Source: Octopus sinensis (taxonomy: Eukaryota). From it: a stretch of 11,451 nucleotides of DNA. Shown here in pieces: positions 8,142 to 11,451 of this stretch (positions are counted from its first letter, which is position 1; every line of letters begins with the position of its first letter). The position numbers and the translations under genes were made by a program. The stretch spans positions 1 to 11,451 of the forward strand of contig NW_021826997.1 in the NCBI RefSeq assembly GCF_006345805.1. Reading direction: 5' to 3'. Below the pieces are notes generated by a model. The model had not been told where the DNA came from and did no database searches. It saw only the letters and a list, made by a program, of their open reading frames with translations.

Positions 8142-8296
8142 CTCAAACAGAAATAAAATATTTGCTATTTACTGTACAGTATTTAGCGAAATGACTGAAA
8201 GTCAACTGCGGCGCAATATCTCCCAAGTTTTGAACAAATCCCAGGAATTGCTTAACTTAGGAGTTAAGAAAAGCCACATTAAATTCATTGATGAAA
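8142..8296 (+). CDS. Internal coding exon D of the same gene (C-terminal part of SEA-like domain)
   Basis: Acceptor tttattttttatttcAG (ends 8141), donor GTAAGT (8297-8302); 155 bp, phase 2 to 1. Translation (G)SNRNKIFAIYCTVFSEMTESQLRRNISQVLNKSQELLNLGVKKSHIKFIDE. Confidence 0.82.
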
Positions 8297-9351
8297 GTAA
8301 GTATCGTGTTCTCTATTAATTTAATCATCATTACCGTCATAATTAGCTTCATCAATCACCAACCTCTTAGTCGTTGTCGTCATCATCAACCACAGTAGAT
8401 GACACCAAGCACACAGACTCTCTCCCTCTCTCTCTCTCTCTCTCTCACAACAACTATTTATTTACATTTTCTCACAACGCTTGGATAATTTTAAAAAAAA
8501 GCATTTTATTTTGCGCTTTTCGGTTCTTGTCCCTACGGAACTGTTTGTCTTTGCTCAGTTTCTTTTTAATTATACCAATTAACCGAGGGCAAAAATGTCT
8601 TCTTCTAATTTTGTATAGAAGTAGAAGATGCAGACTCTAATGGGCAGAAAAATTCAAACAATTCCAGTACTTGCTTTAATTCAAACAGGAAAACTATTTA
8701 GTGCTGCAAATAATTTTCCTCAGCGAAAATTCATTTCGTACGAAGTGATCAAGTTAATTTTTACATTAGGATCGATAGATACACACACACAGCTCATACG
8801 ATTTAAACAGTGTCTAAGGGATATAAGAGAGGAACAAATCATATCCCATTGCCGAAAAATGATATATTTTCTCTTCGTTTCCATTCATTTCATTTTACCA
8901 TCGCCAAATCAATATAACATCTACCTATTTCTAGCATACATTAGGTTTTGCGCTTCCGGTCAGTATGTCTAAAGAGTGATCAATATATTGACGAAATTCA
9001 ACGCTAGAGGCCGCGAAACAGACAAGCATTCTGAGTAGTCATATCCCGTAACCAGTTATATATTGCTCGAGAAAATATAAAATATATATATACATATGCA
9101 CACATCTCTATTTCTATTTTGTTTATTGTTTTTTAAGAATATATAAGAAAATATATATATAAGAATATATATATATATATATAATCTACAGGATCTCAAG
9201 TAGTTATGCAGTTTCAATCGGCTAAATTTAATTGAACAATACAAAAATTACATCAATTTAAATGCAATGCCATCTTCAGCTGCATAAATAATGAATTAGA
9301 ATTTTAATAAGTAGGACACTTTAATGTAATTTTTCTCAAATATTTGAACAG

Positions 9352-9446
9352 AGCAAGAATATGGAGAAAATCATATTGTCGCCATTTTAGTTAAGAATAG
9401 ACTACACTTCCAAGAATTGCATGGAGCCTGGTTGGGTCCTTGTCTT
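9352..9446 (+). CDS. Possible further exon (weak candidate)
   Basis: tttttctcaaatatttgaacAG acceptor and GTAAGG donor (9447-9452); phase 1 to 0 is compatible with exon D and open: (K)QEYGENHIVAILVKNRLHFQELHGAWLGPCL. The acceptor is weak and there is no recognisable motif. Confidence 0.2.
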
Positions 9447-9780
9447 GTAAGGGATTGTAATTCATTTCTAAATCATTTATCTCTTTACAAACTACTAAAT
9501 GAAAAACTAGAAATCTGTCTATTTTGAATAAATATATATGCTCTCCGTATATGTTTGCAACACTTCGTGTATCATTGTCCTCAAATCAGCCAGCACGTGG
9601 TCCAAACAATTTATTTCCAACATTAACCGAGAACACTATATTGGCAGCGCAAGAGTAAGCTTTGGCCACAAACTGGAGGGTCGACATTAGAATGAGCAAG
9701 TGTCCAGGAACTCCCACAATGCAAGCCTCAAGGAACTCCTACAAAACCTCTGATAAAGAGAAATAATAATCAAAATAAAT

Positions 9781-9976
9781 AAATTTGACAAAAACTAATA
9801 AGTTGCTGAAAATATGTGGAGCTCAACATCCGAAAGCAGATATCAACCGACTGTAATTAAGGAAAGACCAGACTGGGAGATGCTTAATAGCAGTAGAAGA
9901 ATGTATAGAGATGGAAAAAAAAAGCTTAGCCGAGTATTTACAATGTGGCACAGAAAAACTACTAAAGACTGAATAA
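9781..9976 (+). mobile_element. Second degenerate R4/Dong-like LINE fragment
   Basis: From 9791: KTNKLLKICGAQHPKADINRL*LRKDQTGRCLIAVEECIEMEKKSLAEYLQCGTEKLLKTE*, matching HPKADxDRLY-R--GGRGLI-VE-C; overlaps the protein region encoded at the end of 1741-2037. Confidence 0.8.
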
Positions 9977-10093
9977 AAAGGCAGGTAAAAGCAGACTTCT
10001 CTTGCTATAATTCTAATGAAAAGGCCTGAAAATGTGAAAAGTGCAGAAACTGTGTCCAAAAAGCCTAAATTAAGCGACGCGAGAGAGAAAAGC

Positions 10094-10379
10094 CCCCAGT
10101 ACTTATTCTTTGTAAGCCTAGTATTTATTCTATCGGTCTCTTTTGCCGAACCGCTAAGTTACAGGGTCGTAAACACACAAGCATCGGTTGTCAAGTGATG
10201 TTGGACGGGGGGGGGGGCAAAAACACACACAAACATATACACACATACACACACATAGATATATATACATATACATATATACGACAGGCTTCTTTCAGTC
10301 TCCGTCTACCAAATCCACTCACAAGGTTTTGGTCGGTCCGAGGCTATAGTAGAAGACACTTTCCCAAGGTACCACGCAG
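10094..10379 (-). mobile_element. Internal fragment of the same SINE family (lacks head and tail)
   Basis: Reverse complement aligns to about 10900-11178 of the downstream copy. Confidence 0.9.
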
Positions 10380-10664
10380 GTTCTTCCTGAAATTTCAATT
10401 GAAAGCGATTCTCCTTCCAAACGCTAATATCCCTCTTCCTTGCACACATTGTATCCCTCGTACACGGGGTAATCAAATTAATAAAAACCGCTTTAGATAT
10501 TTCTTTTGCGTTCTATTTTACTGTGCTTTTATTATTGTCATTTTCCTTGTAACTGTAGGCTTTCTGTTTCGAAACCCATAAAATTGGCCATTGGATGGTT
10601 TTGTGTTGCTGGAAAGGAACAATCATATTCTAATACATATGTCTGCATGTGTGGGCATGGTTGC

Positions 10665-10835
<171 letters not shown>

Positions 10836-11260
10836 GCGTAGTAGTGGGTGTGTGGTAAGTAGATTGCTTACGAACCATATGGTCCCGGTTTCAGTCCCAC
10901 TGCGTGGTACCTTGGGCAAGTGTCTTCTGCTATAACCTCAGGCCGACAAAGCCTTGTGAATGGATTTGGTAGACGGAAACGGAAAGAAGCCTGTCGTATA
11001 TATGATATGTATATATACTATGTGTGTGTATGTGCGTATATGTTTGTGTCTGTTTTTATCCCCCCCTCCAACATCGCTTGACAACCGATGCTGGTGTGTT
11101 TACGACCCTGTAACTTATCAGTTCGGCAAAAGAGACCGATAGAATAAATACTAGGCTTACAAAGAATAAGTACTGGGGTCGATTTGCTCGACTAAACGCG
11201 GTGCTCCAGCATGGCCACAGTCAAAGACTGAAACAAATAAAAGAGTAAAAAGTAAAGAGT
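10836..11260 (+). mobile_element. tRNA-derived SINE (octopus-type), near full length
   Basis: gcgtagtagTGGGTGTGTGGtaag ... GTTTCAGTCCC head, shared body (gatttggtagacggaaac, ttcggcaaaagagaccgatagaataa, gctccagcatggcc) and taaaagagtaaaaagtaaagag tail. Confidence 0.9.
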
Positions 11261-11451
11261 ATATATGAATCTTTAGTCAAATATATTCAATGAGAATATT
11301 ATATACTGAATATATATTGAGTGCTCTATTGTATCAAAGTGTTAATATTATTAAGGTATTTATATATTAATGCGAGCGATTATATATATTTTTATATAAT
11401 ATATTATTATTAATATTAAGAATTCAATATCAGAAAACTTCACAGAAAGAT

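Noticed and set aside
8981-9065. TTGACGA...GAAA with CAGA/TCTG stem, superficially hammerhead-like
   Set aside because: Core C3 is missing, there is no UH cleavage site after the stem, and no stem II.
9706-9744. Short direct repeat aggaactcc(c/t)acaa, two copies
   Set aside because: Only 14 bp in two copies; most likely a small local duplication with no supporting context.

Overview
AT-rich, microsatellite-dense eukaryotic DNA. The SINE and RTE families look like those of octopus (coleoid cephalopod) genomes; this is recognised from memory, not from a database search. None of the listed ORFs is a stand-alone gene. The window holds four internal + strand exons (1311-1494, 2482-2564, 3581-3633, 8142-8296) with canonical AG/GT sites and matching phases. 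They splice into a stop-free 158-aa stretch: the C-terminal half of a Ly6/uPAR (three-finger) domain followed by a probable SEA-like domain, with five N-glycosylation sequons. The introns carry two R4/Dong-like LINE fragments, a foldback/MITE-like element, the 3' end of an RTE LINE with a 63-bp tandem array, and three tRNA-derived SINEs. The most unusual feature is a ~1-kb non-coding element (3917-4931) with nested inverted repeats, Penelope-like/retrozyme architecture and two opposed minimal hammerhead ribozyme motifs. A second, unrelated and more degenerate hammerhead-like motif lies at 6824-6877 (-).
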